A stretch of 64,000 nucleotides of DNA from assembly GCA_043228905.1 (NCBI GenBank), contig JBHGNT010000004.1:16802001-16866000 (forward strand). Direction: 5' to 3'. The position numbers were made by a program, and so were the translations under genes. This document shows, piece after piece, positions 1 to 13,653 of this stretch (position 1 is the first letter of the stretch; each line of letters starts with the position of its first letter). The stretch is from Azolla caroliniana (taxonomy: Eukaryota; Plantae; Polypodiophyta). Under the pieces are notes generated by a model. It had not been told where the DNA came from and ran no database searches. It saw nothing but the letters and a program-made list of their open reading frames with translations.

Positions 1-100
1 TATTTGCCAAATTCGATTATCAATGGTTAGGACCTTTTGTCATTAATAGAAAAATCAAGGATGTAACCTTTCTCCTTGATTTACGTTCACAATTACAGAT

Positions 101-463
101 ACATCTAATATCTCATAGTTCTCTCTTAGTGTCATGAACGAGTAGAATAGAGCAAAACCAAGATGAGACTAAATACTAAGAGAGACAAGAGACAAGAGAC
201 AAGAGAACAAAAACTCAACTTATGCTTTCGTAACTGATGTTGTCCACCTTGATTGGAATCAAGGTCTACCCAAGTATTTATACATGAAGGTGGAGGTATG
301 TTGCAAGCTAGGAAACTTCTAGAGAATACATCTAATATCTCATAGTTCTCTCTTAGTACCATGAATGAGTAGAATAGAGCAAAACCAAGATGAGACTAAA
401 TACTTAGAGAGACAAGAGACAAGAGAAAGAGAACAAAAACTCAACTTATGCTTTCGTAACTAA
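101..463. repeat. Local tandem duplication (~226-bp period)
   Basis: The block ATACATCTAATATCTCATAGTT...CTTTCGTAACT at ~101-234 recurs at ~327-461. Confidence 0.8.
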
Positions 464-514
464 GAGAGAGCAGAGACAAGAGAAAGAGACATTTAGTGAA
501 TTTAAGGTCCTCAT

Positions 515-1072
515 ATACAGGTCAACGTTGTGACACTTAGAACCATATCGATTAAGTTCTAGTCCCAATCGTATTGCACCACCTGCACCTGTTGTCAAAT
601 TTGAACATGGACCAAAGTACGACGTTGCTAATGTTGCACATGCTCAAGCCCTTGTGGAGGAATTTCATTGACTATACCTAGATAAACCAAGTCATGAACT
701 AAAGACGACTCGTAATACTTCTCATTGGAAGAGGGGGATAATGTCATGATATGGCCTCAAATAAGAATTGAACCTGTGACCTTATGGTACATAATGTATT
801 ATTTTCATTTGCTATTTCACATGGGTTGTAGAGCTGTCCAAAATAATCTAGAAAATTCATGAACATTCTAGAATACTTTGGAACATTTGAGAAACTTTAG
901 GAATACTCCTGAAGGCCCTATAAATAGAGCCATATATATTGTACTATTCACAACTAATTCGGCTCAATGTTGGTCTTAAGCCTCTAAGTTGTTCCTATTC
1001 TTCTAAGTTCTACTCCTTTTCTTATAATATACTTCAATTTATCATACTTCTCTCTCACTCTCTCCCTTGTGA

Positions 1073-1077
<5 letters not shown>
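515..1077 (+). mobile_element. 3' remnant of a chromodomain-type Ty3/gypsy element (integrase/chromodomain end, PPT, 3' LTR ~742-1077)
   Basis: Degenerate translation AQALVEEFH*LYLDKP at ~640-690 resembles a chromodomain C-terminus. PPT GGAAGAGGGGGATAA (727-741) is followed by TGTCA; there is a TATAAATA at ~918 and the LTR ends GATTCACA, running into (CA)n. Confidence 0.6.

Positions 1078-1101
<24 letters not shown>
1074..1101. repeat. (CA)n microsatellite
   Basis: Seen directly. Confidence 0.95.
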
Positions 1102-1103
<2 letters not shown>

Positions 1104-2685
1104 CGGACTGTCTCGAAATCCAAACAAAAAGAAAATGTTGGAGTATGGTCAAGATCAAGATATACAACACACAACTATTTATGAGTAAGACAACAATATG
1201 ATGAATGTAAGACAAAATGAACATAAATATTAACAGAGGCAACTCAAGGTTAAATGAGAGAGAGAGGGAGAGAGAGAGAAAGGCACACAAAGTAACTCTA
1301 TATATTATTCAAAAGTGAATTACAAAGAAATAGCGACATCATCGTACAAACTAGTTTACAAACTGATTATATACTTAACCAAACTAGGGAAACTACCGTT
1401 TATGCTAATTACAGATATAGCCTAACTAGTTTGTCCAATGGGGTAATGTGAATACGTCCATTATATTATTGTATTCGACAAAAAGTGTTGAGGTAGAGGA
1501 CGGAGGATCTTTAAGTTTCGACATGGCGAGTTTGTGATCAATGACAACATCGCGTTGGCATTAGCCTCCAACATGCCCTCTTGATTCATATACCTAGGAT
1601 TACATCAACCATGGAAGCTTGGGCATTTGAATCTTCAAAATATTGAACCCAACAATGAGCTCTATTGCTAATTATATAGCTTTCAAGAGTGCTTGATTTC
1701 AACAAAATGCACCTTTAACACATTCACATTTATCACAGGCTTCCTTGTCATTACTTGTGCATTATAGGTCAATTTTTTCTCCTCAAATGCCTTCAATGGG
1801 TTTTGAATGCTCTAACCCCTTTTGATTGTTTTTAGTGTCTTTCTTTCACGTTTCATCTAGTGATGAATTCAACCTGAATCTTGACCTTTTGTAAAACTTG
1901 ATTTTTTCACGCGTTCCTTTCTTTAGACAAGCTACATTATGATGGTCGCATTGAAGACTATGTGTGGAGTAACAAGGAGGTGGTTGTCATGGATTCATTG
2001 TCTTTGAGCAATGTCTACCGGCCATGTAGTAGTTGGTCATCGTGGTTGCCAAGTGTTGTCATGGTCATCAATGGCATTCTCAGTTGGCCAATCTCCAAGT
2101 ATTTATTGCTATGATTATTAGGTTCATGAGAACATTGGTCGACATAGCAATTGAACTTCATTCAATGTTGAAAGTTTTTGTATTCCTCACAATGGAAGCA
2201 CATTGTAGATATGAATGTCCAAACAAATCTAGACACTAGAAATGTGATATAACTATATGTACAATGTTCTAGTGGCATTATGCAAAACAAACACAATCCA
2301 AAAGCAATATTCCTCTCCCTAAGGGCATCTCCAATAGGTAAATCCTCCAAATAACTCTCCAAATGAAAACTTGAACTCTAAAAGGGAGACGAGAATGCCA
2401 ACCCATTTCCAACACTGCAGATTGCCACCACATCATGGACTTTGAAATTCCCCATTGTCCTTCAAATGCTAATCAATCTCAGATGAAGAATCAAGAAAAC
2501 GAGTGATTGGACTTAGGAATCCAAACAAGTTTATAACATTTAGGAATCTCATACCCAGTTCTAGTTGTTCATAAAGCCATTATCCTTCTTGGCTAACCAC
2601 CGTAGCATCTTGCATTGAAATAATTCCATCCCTTGCCATTAGATGAAATTGAATTAAAAATGAGTGTTTACCCTCCCAATCTAAT

Positions 2686-3159
2686 GTCCTCGATTGTAAA
2701 GTTGCCATCTCTCTCTCTCTCTCTCTCTCTCAAAGTTGCCATCCTCGATGTTAGAGCCCATACCATTATCTGCCATTCGAACCATTGCTTCCATGCGACT
2801 TAGCTCACATGCATTGCGATGTGAAACAGGGCGATGGGGCACAAGTGATGAGAGTGGTTGGCTATGCACACTTTGCACTAAACAAGTTCGCGAGTCTGAG
2901 TATCACACTTTGATACAATGCTCTGCCTTTGATCATATTCAACCATGCTTTCCACTTCTCTTCGACCGAGCCCAATCTTTGCATGAATTCCTCTCACAAC
3001 TAGAATGTGCACTCTCGATTGCAACATTCATTGGTAAAGTTCTTGAACATCGAGAGTTACTACTCACTTTCACACATATCACGTGAAATGTAATATTTTT
3101 GGTCTCATAGGTCATATTTGACCTCCGAAGACGATAATATAATCTATCTCTTTATCTCT
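2686..3159 (+). mobile_element. 5'-truncated non-LTR retrotransposon (LINE) 3' end with C-terminal zinc finger, RTE-X/L2-like
   Basis: ORF 2736-3086 contains MRLSSHALRCETGRW...CTLC...ESEYHTLIQC. A 3' stem-loop (3102-3132) precedes a TATCTC-type tail. A putative TAAT TSD (2682-2685 / 3160-3163) interrupts a minus-strand HPQLDW gypsy-protease-like remnant. Confidence 0.7.
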
Positions 3160-4010
3160 TAATTGAGGATGCCATAGTATGTAATCCAATATCCTAGGTC
3201 AAGAAGCCAATGATGTTTGGCTATCATTGATCCATAACATGTTTCATGTTGTTCACTATTCACTACATTCTAGCACATGACTATTGTCTTTGTTTTGCCA
3301 AATTTCATCCTAGCATTCACAATAAATATAAGATACCAACTCTATCCACGATTGGTATCCCTCAAACATACCTCAGAGGAATGAGATCTCCTTGCCACCC
3401 TTATATTCAAATATATTTAAAATTCTTGTCTTGCCAAGTCTTTTTGGAGTACAAACATGCTTCCATGCCATTAAATCAAAGTCAAACTTTTTCCTTCCCT
3501 TGCCAAAACAAACAATATGCTGAAAGTCAACAACTTGTCAATAAATAGCCTTCACAAACAATCATAATCGTGACAACATGATGCCATAGGGGATATTTAT
3601 TTTGCAACTTTAGTTCGCTAAATTTATCTCCTTGTTCATGGTGTAATGCAGACAAAAGATATGGGTTTAACGGGAAAACACTAAAACAATTCCTCCCCCA
3701 CCCCCCTAACCCAACATTTAGTAACATATTATTGCAACTTATTACACCGAAGTTAACTATGATCGTATTTTACCGAAAGGCCCATACTTTAAGTTTGCAC
3801 CATGAGCTCTTTTAACAAACTCTCATGACACCTTTATGGGGTCATTTAAATATGCTGGAACTAATAATTACCGGAATGCCCCCCTCCCCCACCTCATGCT
3901 ATTTTAAATTACCGGAATACCCCCTAACGTTTCCTCAACAAGCGCTTTTGCAGAGTTAGAGCGAGCGAGCCATGGAACCTTGACCTCTGTTCTCCTTCAG
4001 GTTTTGAATC

Positions 4011-7000
4011 ATGGATGCGAAAAAGACGGATGAGCACGATTTCTCTTTCTTTCTTCGCGTTCTCGCACAGTCTTCTCGAGATGGCTCTGCTTCATCAAAT
4101 ACTGCTCAGGAAAACGCTGTCTTAGATGCGGTAAGTTTTTTCTACGTAAAGAAAAACTCGTATACACCCGTGGGTTTTTCCTTATTTCTTCAAATGCTCC
4201 TAGTTTTTCTTGTTTCCAATAAGGTCCTTGTTAAACTCCCGAAAGAGAGTAATAAGGAGTTGGGGGGTTGGATTGGCCATATAGTTGAGAAAAAGAGGAT
4301 GAATTGACGTATAAATGATCCTGATGTGTGAATTGATCATATAATTGTGAAAAAGAGAATGAATTGATATTGTAATTGAAAGGAGGATGAATTGAACATA
4401 TATTTGCTCAAATAGCTCATATAATTGGTCTCTCTGGGATTGACCTAGCGCATCTGGGAAAGTAGTGAAAGCTTAAGAGCATTTGGGGATGTATAGAAAA
4501 ACTCAGAGGTGTTCTGGTGCTTTTTCATTTATTCATACATAGATCTTTTGTTATTTTCCTTTCTTTCTCAATTTATTTCACCCTTATGGAAGGTTTTAGG
4601 ATTTTCTTAAATTCACAGATGCATGTAATTTCATTTGGTCAACACATATATTCCCACCTATGTCATATGCTTGCTATATTTCACATTATATCAAGGAGAA
4701 TGTTATATATATAGTTATATATATATTTATGCATGTATATATGTATGTATGTATTTATATAAGCCCGTTGACATCATGTGGAATATAGCAAAGATTATTG
4801 ATCGTTGAATAAGGCCATATTCATAATGTCAAACAATCATTGCATGCTTCTTTGCTGTATTTTACATAATATCAGGGAACACATCTACACACATATATTC
4901 CCTTCTCATATTATAAATATATATATGTATGTATGTATTTATGTAAGCCCCTTGACATCACGTGGAATATAGCAAAGATTATTGATTGTTGAATAAGGCC
5001 ATATTCATAATGTCAAAAAATCATTACATGCTTACTTGCTGTATTTTACATAATATCAGGGAACACATACACACACATATATTCCCTTCTCAAAGACTTA
5101 AGTAATCCACATACGTTTGCTATATTTCACATGTATTGAGGAACATTTATGTGTGCCATATTCGAAATTTCAGAGTCTGAAGGAGTCTTTACATGGTACG
5201 GAGCACAGGTGTATATGCACTAGTCAAAGATATGAGAGATATTTACAGAGTACATGATTTCTTGCTATATATCACGTGATTTTGAGGAGCATATATATCG
5301 ATATATGTGCACAAAGAGTTGAGCGATCGTTACAATTGTGCTTGTGATGTTTACATGATATCAATGAACATACACATGCCATAGTCAACGACTCAAAGAA
5401 CTTTTATATTCTATCTCACTGTTTGACATGATATTTTACAACATACTGGGGAGCATATATACACACTCTTCCTCTATTGTTTCTAGCCATTTCCTTGAAG
5501 GTTTTCACCTTAAATGAGGTTCCCACTAGCTCACATGATATTTCACACCATAAGCCCCTTCTTTAGTTGTTTCTAATTTCTGTGTAATAGATGTTTTGTG
5601 GTTTCTCACTTTACATTGAGGTTTTCCACCAGCAATATAAGTTCACAAGTGCTACCTGTATTTTGCAGATCACGAAACTTCATACGATGTGTGAGGGCCA
5701 TATTGATCTTGTTGGCACTGTTAATAACTCTGTCAATAAGCTTTTCCAGCGGTCGACTGCATCTGTTACCCAATATCGCTCAAGTACAGGACTTCTGATG
5801 CTGGTATGTCTCAGTATATGCCATTGTGAGCTATAAAAGTGCAAGATCACGCCCCCAAATCAGTAGCTTAATGATCATGTGTTTGATTATGTTTATTGTT
5901 ACCGAAGGATGGTAAACATCATCAAAACTTTATGGAACTAGAGATTGATTTAATAACAGATTACCCACGTATTTGTAGGTTTTGATTCTAAAACATCACA
6001 AATTCTTTAAAGGTGATTGTCTAATATTGCTAGTGCAAATGGCAGTAAGCTTGGTTTGTTTCTTCATCCAACTCTGGTTTAATCCATGATTATTGATACT
6101 AATCCAATTGAGAGGTCTAGCTTGATTTGGGGCAACCAATATATCCATTTTCTACTTTGCTGCAGCCAGGCCTAGCTATGAATTGCACAATGGATCACGT
6201 TCTAGACAGCTTTCTTTGTAGAATTTCTGGGCAAAAAGATTACCCTATTCTGGATCTCCACCATATTTATGATCTCCAAAGTCCTCTTCGATGACTCAAT
6301 ACTGAACCATCCCAAAAACTCACGAAGTTCTGAATGCTCATGGCAATGTATGTCTAGAAGTCTTATATTTTTCCAAGAATGGAAGATGCATTTTGCTTGT
6401 CATATTCTGCTAAGATTGGACACATTTTGCTATATAGAGCTTAGGAAATATGATACCTTTGGAGCTACCTACAAGTTACTTTTTGATATCATCTTGTTGG
6501 GCTCGCAATTGGTATGTGGGTCTTGGGCTTACATCTCTTTCTTGGTAATTTCATGGGATTTGAATGTGGGATTAATAACGTTGATATCAGGTCAGCTTTT
6601 TAAAGTAAATGTTCTTAAAGCAATATTACTTTTTGATGGAACAGAGGCAGCTGGAAGGCAGAGTATCTGAAACTGCCCTATGCATTTTCCAAAGAGTGAT
6701 AAAACACCAATTGAACCAGCGATTTACTTAAGCTCACCACCAGAGAGGTTCTATGTAAATGAACAAATCTGCTTAAGATTTTCACTCATTTTGACTTAAT
6801 TTCACATCTTAGAGCTAGCTCGCTCCTGAACAAAGAATTTGACACCTTGTTGGCCACAAAGACCGACACCCTTTCAGTATTTCATTGATTAATAATTAAC
6901 TGAAGATAATATAATAAGATATAATGCAAAACCTTGAAACAAAGCTAGTTGTTTTAAGCTTATTTCAGCCATTAAACCTAGACACAAAATGGGCGAACTA

Positions 7001-10000
7001 TGATCTTGCATGAAACCTAGCTTCTGTAGTTCAAAGAGGGGACATGTTTTGTCCTTCAGCCTGTTGGATTTAATTATTATGGTGGGTATGAGAAACAATG
7101 CCTTCTAGGTCTACGAAATGATTTTCTTTGCCCAATCATCACGGTTCAGCATGTGTGCATGGTATTTCTGAGAACACTGTTGATGATTAATAAATTGGGG
7201 GTTTAGGGTTTAGGGTATCACACCATTTCTGGCAAACTAAGTAATTCATTACAATAGTGCTTACTAATCCTTAGCGGGAAACTATCAATTGATTGGAAGA
7301 CTGATGTTCCTATATTATTATTATTCTGCATATTGAATGATATCCCATGTATTTGAATGCAACTGTTTTTGGTTTGTATCACAGGCCATACTTCAATTTT
7401 TCCTTGACTTCGGAGAATATGTTTTGCATGATGCAGATCCAAGTTTAAACATTTTTTTCAAGTCTTGCTTGAGTCGGTATATACCGTTAAATTATTAAGC
7501 ATATTTCTCTTTTATATTTAGTCTATGATGAATTTATTAGTATGCTTTTATTGTTGAGTGTCTTAGAAATTTTGCTCAAAATACAGGCTGTATGCGGATC
7601 CAGTTGTAGCTGGTGCAACAGTCAATTTTTTGAATCGGAACAAGAAGAAACTTTTGCTGTCACATCCTGCATTGCTTCCACAGGCAACATATTTAATATA
7701 CTTTGTGACTGACCATTTTATTAACCCTACAAACAATTCTATTGCTTAATTTCACTTTTTTGTCCATGCAGTACTTTCCTTTGTTGCTAAAGGTGATTGC
7801 ATGGAATGGGAAAATGTAAGTAACATTATGTTTAGGAGCATGGAATGAATTTTCCTATGCAAAAAGACATTCCAGAAAGCATATTACGAGTCACTCAGTG
7901 TCCTAGAGGACATTTTTGCATGGAAATGATTTACTGATAATAAGATGAGACATGAGTGGGTCTTTCTTATTATTGAAGAGCTCCTTTTATACAAGATGAG
8001 AAATATCAAAACTTCTTCTACTTGATCAACAAGCTGCATTTTTCATTCTTATATTCTCAGTAAAACACTTAAAGTGCAGTTGAAAGGTATATATGTATAT
8101 GTAACATGTATTCCATTCAATGTTGAAATCTTAGCATACATATCTTGGCTGCAGTAGTTTCGTGTTTGGTTTGGTTGGCTGTGAAGGGATGACAGCAGAA
8201 GAAAGAATATACATTATACATAATATGATTCATGATACTTTGACTACAGTCAGAATGTTTAATCTGTTGGGATCCAAATTATGATTGATGGTTATTATCT
8301 CAATAATTAGTGAGTAGTATATGACTTTCTAACTAGTATACAATTATTTTCATTATTGCATTAAAAATGTTGTTTTTCAAATTGGATTGTTCAAACTGTG
8401 TTTATGATCTCTCAAGATGGAATTTTATAGTCCATTTGACCTAACTCTATTCATTCTACCAGTTTGGATGCAGATTTCTTGCAACTGTTTCCTGCACTCA
8501 TGGGGCCCACATCATTTCTACCATTATTTCCAGCACTACTTGATCTTCCTAGTGAGTTTACTGTCACCTGGTTGTGTTTTTCTCTCTTCTCTGCTAAAAG
8601 GTGGCTCTTCTTTGCATGTTGTACTTTGTACTCTTTATTTCCTGTATGGAAAATCATGTATAAGTATGGAAACTATCTTTCATGGGTTCCCACAATATGG
8701 TCTTGGTGCTATGGTATGTGGATGGCTCACATCCAGTGACCTGGAGTCTAATAATATTAAGTAGTTGGATCCATGATGATCTCTATAGTATGAGTCCTTT
8801 GGATAGCATTAGAAGTAGAGGGTCATGGAATCCATCAGTGAGCTTTAATATGGGAAAAAGTTTCTCGATTGTCAATTAAATTCACAAGAAACTGCCCCTT
8901 TGAGTCTGTTGAGAAGATTCCACTAGATTCTAAGTTATCCAAATGGTCCAGACTCCAGAGTGCCCAAACTCTCCTATTTACTGTTATTTCAAAAAAGTCC
9001 AGAGTTCTTGCATAAATTATGCAAGTTTAAGTTCTATGAATGCCATTAACTCAAAATAAGATTTGCAATTGAGTTTTGGCCTGCAGCTTTGGTACTAGCC
9101 CTGGAGGACCTTGAGCGCCGTTCAGGCTCCTTACTGAGTGAGAATGTTGCGGCAGTTCAAAAAAGTCCAGCTGCAGAGGTACTACGTAAAAAAATGATGC
9201 ATTTCTTCATACAAAATAAAGAAAAGAAAATCATATGTATATCCATTGAACGACTTTTAAGGTACATGAGACCAAAATTTGACACATCAGAATCATGACA
9301 ATCTACTTGTGGGTGCAGTTCAGAAATGTTCAACTAAGGTTAGGATTATGAAAGATTCTTAATGAGGGCATTGCACTATTTTGCAGGCCTTGCTTGCATT
9401 AATGGATGAAGCTTACACAGGATCAAGTACACCAGATCCTGGTGGGGACTCTGATGATGAAGAATCAACATCAAAGGACGAAGCAAATGCGTTATTTGCA
9501 GACCTTTTAAAAGACGAAAATGATGGCCTTGCAGTAAGCTACTTCCACCAGGAAAATAACATTATTCTGTGTTTTTTTAATGAAATTGTGCACCCAATAA
9601 GTAAAAAACGCAAGGACTGAGTTGCTATATAATTGCAGCCACTTAAGTTTTTTTTCAGATTTTTTCTGAAGTAAGTTCTCTATATAATAAATTAATGTTG
9701 CACAATTTCTGAAAATGATACATTTCATGACTGAAGTTTATCTTTCAAGATTTCTAGTACGCTATGAACTGTAATATCACACACCATAAAATGAAGGAAA
9801 AGGAATAACTTGTACTTTGTGCTAAAATCTCACTCTATACTTTTGTTAGAATTGAAAATATTGATATATCTTGGCATGTTTATTCAATGAAGAAGTAATA
9901 TGTTGTGTATCTGAAATAGGAAAGACACTGGAAGTCTCCAGAAATGGCTCAAGCTATAAAAGCTGTTATGGGATCTGCACAGTCAGAAAGGCTTCAGCAT

Positions 10001-12238
10001 GCCACAAAGCTTGTTCCCACACTACTAAAATTATACTTTGGTGTTGCAATCAGAGATGTCAATGACTGTATGTTTTGAACTTACATTGTCATTTAACCTA
10101 CTCATTCCTGCCATAGTTCAATGCTACAAAAATTCTAGTTCCTGCCATATTCCATATTTCAGTGAACTGTTCACCTGGAAATACAATATTATAGTTTTAT
10201 GTATAGATAAATAAATAATTACCTACATACAATTAAGTCTGAAACAAATGCACATTAGAAAACTGAAATTAACATGAACACAAAGTACTCTAATATTTAT
10301 TTTCTATTGAGGAACCTTAAGGATTAGAAACAGAGCTTAAACTGCACAACAGCTGTTGAATACACAAATTATTGTAGAACTAGATTCTAGTTCTGAAGAG
10401 GTTGCATAAAAGAGATGGCATAGAACATAGAAAACAAACACTTGCATATCAAAATGCTGAAATTATCATTATCAATGAAAACAAAAATTTGAAATAATTG
10501 ATTGCCATCTGAATTTCTTTTAACCCTTTCCAGCCTTGCTGTGTGCGCTATTACCAATTTTGTTCCAAAGGTTTGATGCAATGTTTCCTGATGAGAAATT
10601 CTGCCTAGAGGTGTGTTGAGGTATACTCTACTAAAGAATCTTGATCTGATTCACAATTTTGATCAAGAGCTTTTAAAAGGAACTGATACCTGTTGACATA
10701 GGTTCAAAAGGAGTGCCTGGGATTCATTCTTACAGCATTCCAAAGGTTCCCAGAACTTATATGTGTACTTAAGGTATGTTAAAATATCTATCTATAAGAG
10801 ACAATCTTCTCCTCATTGATGATCAACATGCAAATTTTTCGAGTTCGTGTGACAGAAACCAATTGTTGACAAAATTTGCCAACCTTATTTAAGTGATGCC
10901 AAGGTACACATTTCTTTATTCCTTTTACACTGGAAATAGATAAAAACAAAATCTCTTCTGAAAGTTTCTGTTGCAGGCTGAGCTGGCTCTACAGCTTTGT
11001 TGGGCAATAGGAGAGCATGGAGGTTGTGATCCATCTTATAAGGGTGTAGCAAGAGAGCTTTTTGAATGCCTAGAGCTTCTCTTGTTTGAAAACATTTCAT
11101 CAAGGTAAAAATCCCATCTGTAGTTAATCATATAAATTTGAAAACATTGATAGGAGATCCATCTCTCACTTTATTAGTGAATGTGTTTTAGAGGAATAAG
11201 GACATTGGATTCCTCTGGGACAGTAACAGACGCAGATATTCTTGTGAGGGCTACCCAATCTCGGTTACTTTGTGTTGTTGTGACTGCGATCACCAAGCTT
11301 GCGACCTGCCATCGAGAACTACGTCCAAGGGCACATGTTTGTTTGACCAAGGTTGGTGTTCTTTCTGACGGCGCAGCTTTTATGACCATATCTATGACCC
11401 TCTAATGAATGTACTTCCCCACAACCTAAGAACGGAAGTATCAAACTTTCCTAGATAGGTTCATGTTTTGATACTCCCTGGACAACTAGGTTTGTACTGT
11501 TCAACAAGCCTAGATGGTCCTAGCTTCATTAATATTGCATCAAAACGATACCTATGGTTTTATTTAAAACCTTGAAAGTTTTTGTTAATGTTTACATGCA
11601 CCTTAGTATACCACAGATCAATGCATCCTTACTTCATTAGTATCTGCATCAAAGCCATATAACTATAGATTACTTGCTTCACTTATGTTTGCAAATGCCA
11701 AAGTACACCCTATTGGAAGGTAATTCTATTGATTGGGAGATATCGACCTTTCTCTATTTCATATGCATTCAGGCATTCCATGGATGTAAATATAGCTTTA
11801 CTTGATCCTTTCTCTTGTAACCAATGCATGTGAGTCTCTTCAGGTTGCAAGGTCTCAGCAGGTCTTGGATAGAGTTGTGTGGAGGCGGGCATGTGACTAC
11901 CTTGGTCTCATGAATGAGCCTGCAATTTGCTCCTCTATCCTCGGGTCATCTGCTGGATATGAAGACCGCCCTGGAAATATTCGGTGGATCAATGCTCCTC
12001 GAAAGGCGATTGCCCACATACCATTCCATTTGCTTCAAGGAACTCAAGGTATATTAGTTTTATTCCCCAGGCATTCTAGCATTTTTACTAGCCCTCAAAT
12101 AATCATATTTTTCAAATATAGTTGCAATGTTTCTGTGTTTTGAATGGATATGCTGACACTGCATGTTGTTGTGGGGGTGGGCACGTAGGTCCTCCCTTTC
12201 ATGATTTCTCTCTTTCAGATCTGTTGGGTCAGAGCTGA
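4011..12238 (+). CDS. AP5Z1: AP-5 adaptor complex subunit zeta-1 (SPG48 homologue), 16 exons, ~567 aa
   Basis: Exons deduced from splice sites and frame: 4011-4130, 5669-5803, 7385-7476, 7587-7683, 7772-7815, 8463-8551, 9087-9178, 9387-9533, 9920-10067, 10534-10610, 10702-10773, 10856-10903, 10977-11104, 11192-11351, 11844-12048, 12189-12238 (1704 nt, in frame). Motifs recognised from plant AP-5 zeta: AILQFFLDFGEYVLHDADPSL, LLALMDEAYTGS, ELALQLCWAIGEHGG, VVWRRACDYLGLMNEPAIC, GPPFHDFSLSD. Confidence 0.92.
4737..5110. repeat. ~186-bp tandem duplication within a degenerate AT-rich repeat in AP5Z1 intron 1
   Basis: TATGTATGTATTTAT..TAAGCCC.TTGACATCA.GTGGAATATAGCAAAG occurs at ~4740 and ~4925. 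Weaker TTGCTATATTTCAC units continue to ~5460. Confidence 0.75.
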
Positions 12239-13653
12239 ACGTTATCATCTGAGGCATGCGTAAGGAATTCAACAGATCAAAATATGTTGTTGGTTTGTCG
12301 TTGCTGATAATCTGTTACTTATGATTGTTAGTTACTGAAAGAATTCGAGGAAATTATAATATGTACCCAGACAGTGGGTGATGATCATACTCATACGAGG
12401 AAATAAAGCAATTCAGAGAATTGTTGTGGGATTCATAACAACCTTTCGTTAGGGCATTTGTTTGAATAAAATTTATAATGTTGTTACCATATATCCATTC
12501 CTTTGGGGATTAACTATGAATATACATGAGGAATTTTGTTGACAGCATGGCCTTCAATTGGAAGTATTTGGCTTAATTTTTTAAAAATGTGATCATTTAA
12601 ATAGATGCATAGCTTAACAGAACTGATCCAAGAAATTGATTTGTAGAAAACATTTATAAATTCTTATTGTAACATCCATAGGATGCCGTTTTAGATTATA
12701 AATGTATTTATGAGTGATGATTAAAATAATATTGTTCATAATACATATGGTGCCCTAGTGGAATAATCGTCTGAATAAAAATTTGACTTGTTCCTTGAAA
12801 TTGAGACCAATATTATGTATGGTTGATGACTATTCCTGTACTTCGATACGCCTAGCCTATTATAACAAGGTTGCATGAGTCTTTTGAGGTTGACCAAACC
12901 ATGAGCTGTGAATATTTTGTGAATCGATGATAGTATTTAAGATAGATCTATATAAAACAAATGTGTAAAGGAATCTCATTATCATTTCTTCACAAAATCA
13001 ATCTCATTCATTGTGAGGGATCTATTATCTCAATACCAAGTAATCTATTATGAGGGATCTATTATCTCCCATGTAATCTATAGTGTGGCAAGATGAAGGC
13101 ATTAACGGGTTTATATTCTGAAATACTGAAGATCTTCACTCCAAAACTTTACCATTCCATTTAAATGTTTACACTTGCATAGCTTTTGTTGGACAATTAT
13201 TTATGGTAGTTCTTGGTTAGTTATGGATGGTTCTTGGTCTTGTTCTAACTGCCTAGCTAGACCACGGTTGGTTCTATTGACTATGACTCATGCTATCTTA
13301 AATAGAGTTCCTTAGGATGGATTGTGGTAATACCACACTATATTGAAATGTGATTATTAGCCATGCAAATCTAGGTAAATATAAGGAGGCTTTTGTTGCA
13401 TGATGTACATTGTAGGATGAATCACAATGCTACTTATTACCATTAGTACTTAATCACAATACAATTAACTCCTAATGAGCATTGTGGATTGCTCAATATC
13501 ATTTATTGAGTTTATGGAGAAATGTTTTTGCATGATATAGAAAGTTTGTTCCCCATAATTATATCTACTTGTTGAGCAAGGGTAGGGGAAGTGATATTAT
13601 TTTAGAAATATAAACAGTTGGACCAATTTTAGCCCTATTACTTGAAGGGGTAA

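Noticed and set aside
1109-2680. Possible solo LTR (1109-1480) and an old minus-strand gypsy relic
   Set aside because: No matching TSD or partner LTR was found, and it is too degenerate to delimit.
3735-3930. TTACCG(G)AA-rich segment upstream of AP5Z1 resembling a MITE/MULE end
   Set aside because: No partner inverted repeat or TSD was found; it may simply be promoter sequence.
6269-6670. 133-aa ORF inside AP5Z1 intron 2
   Set aside because: It has no motif, and the AP-5 zeta model is complete and in frame without it.
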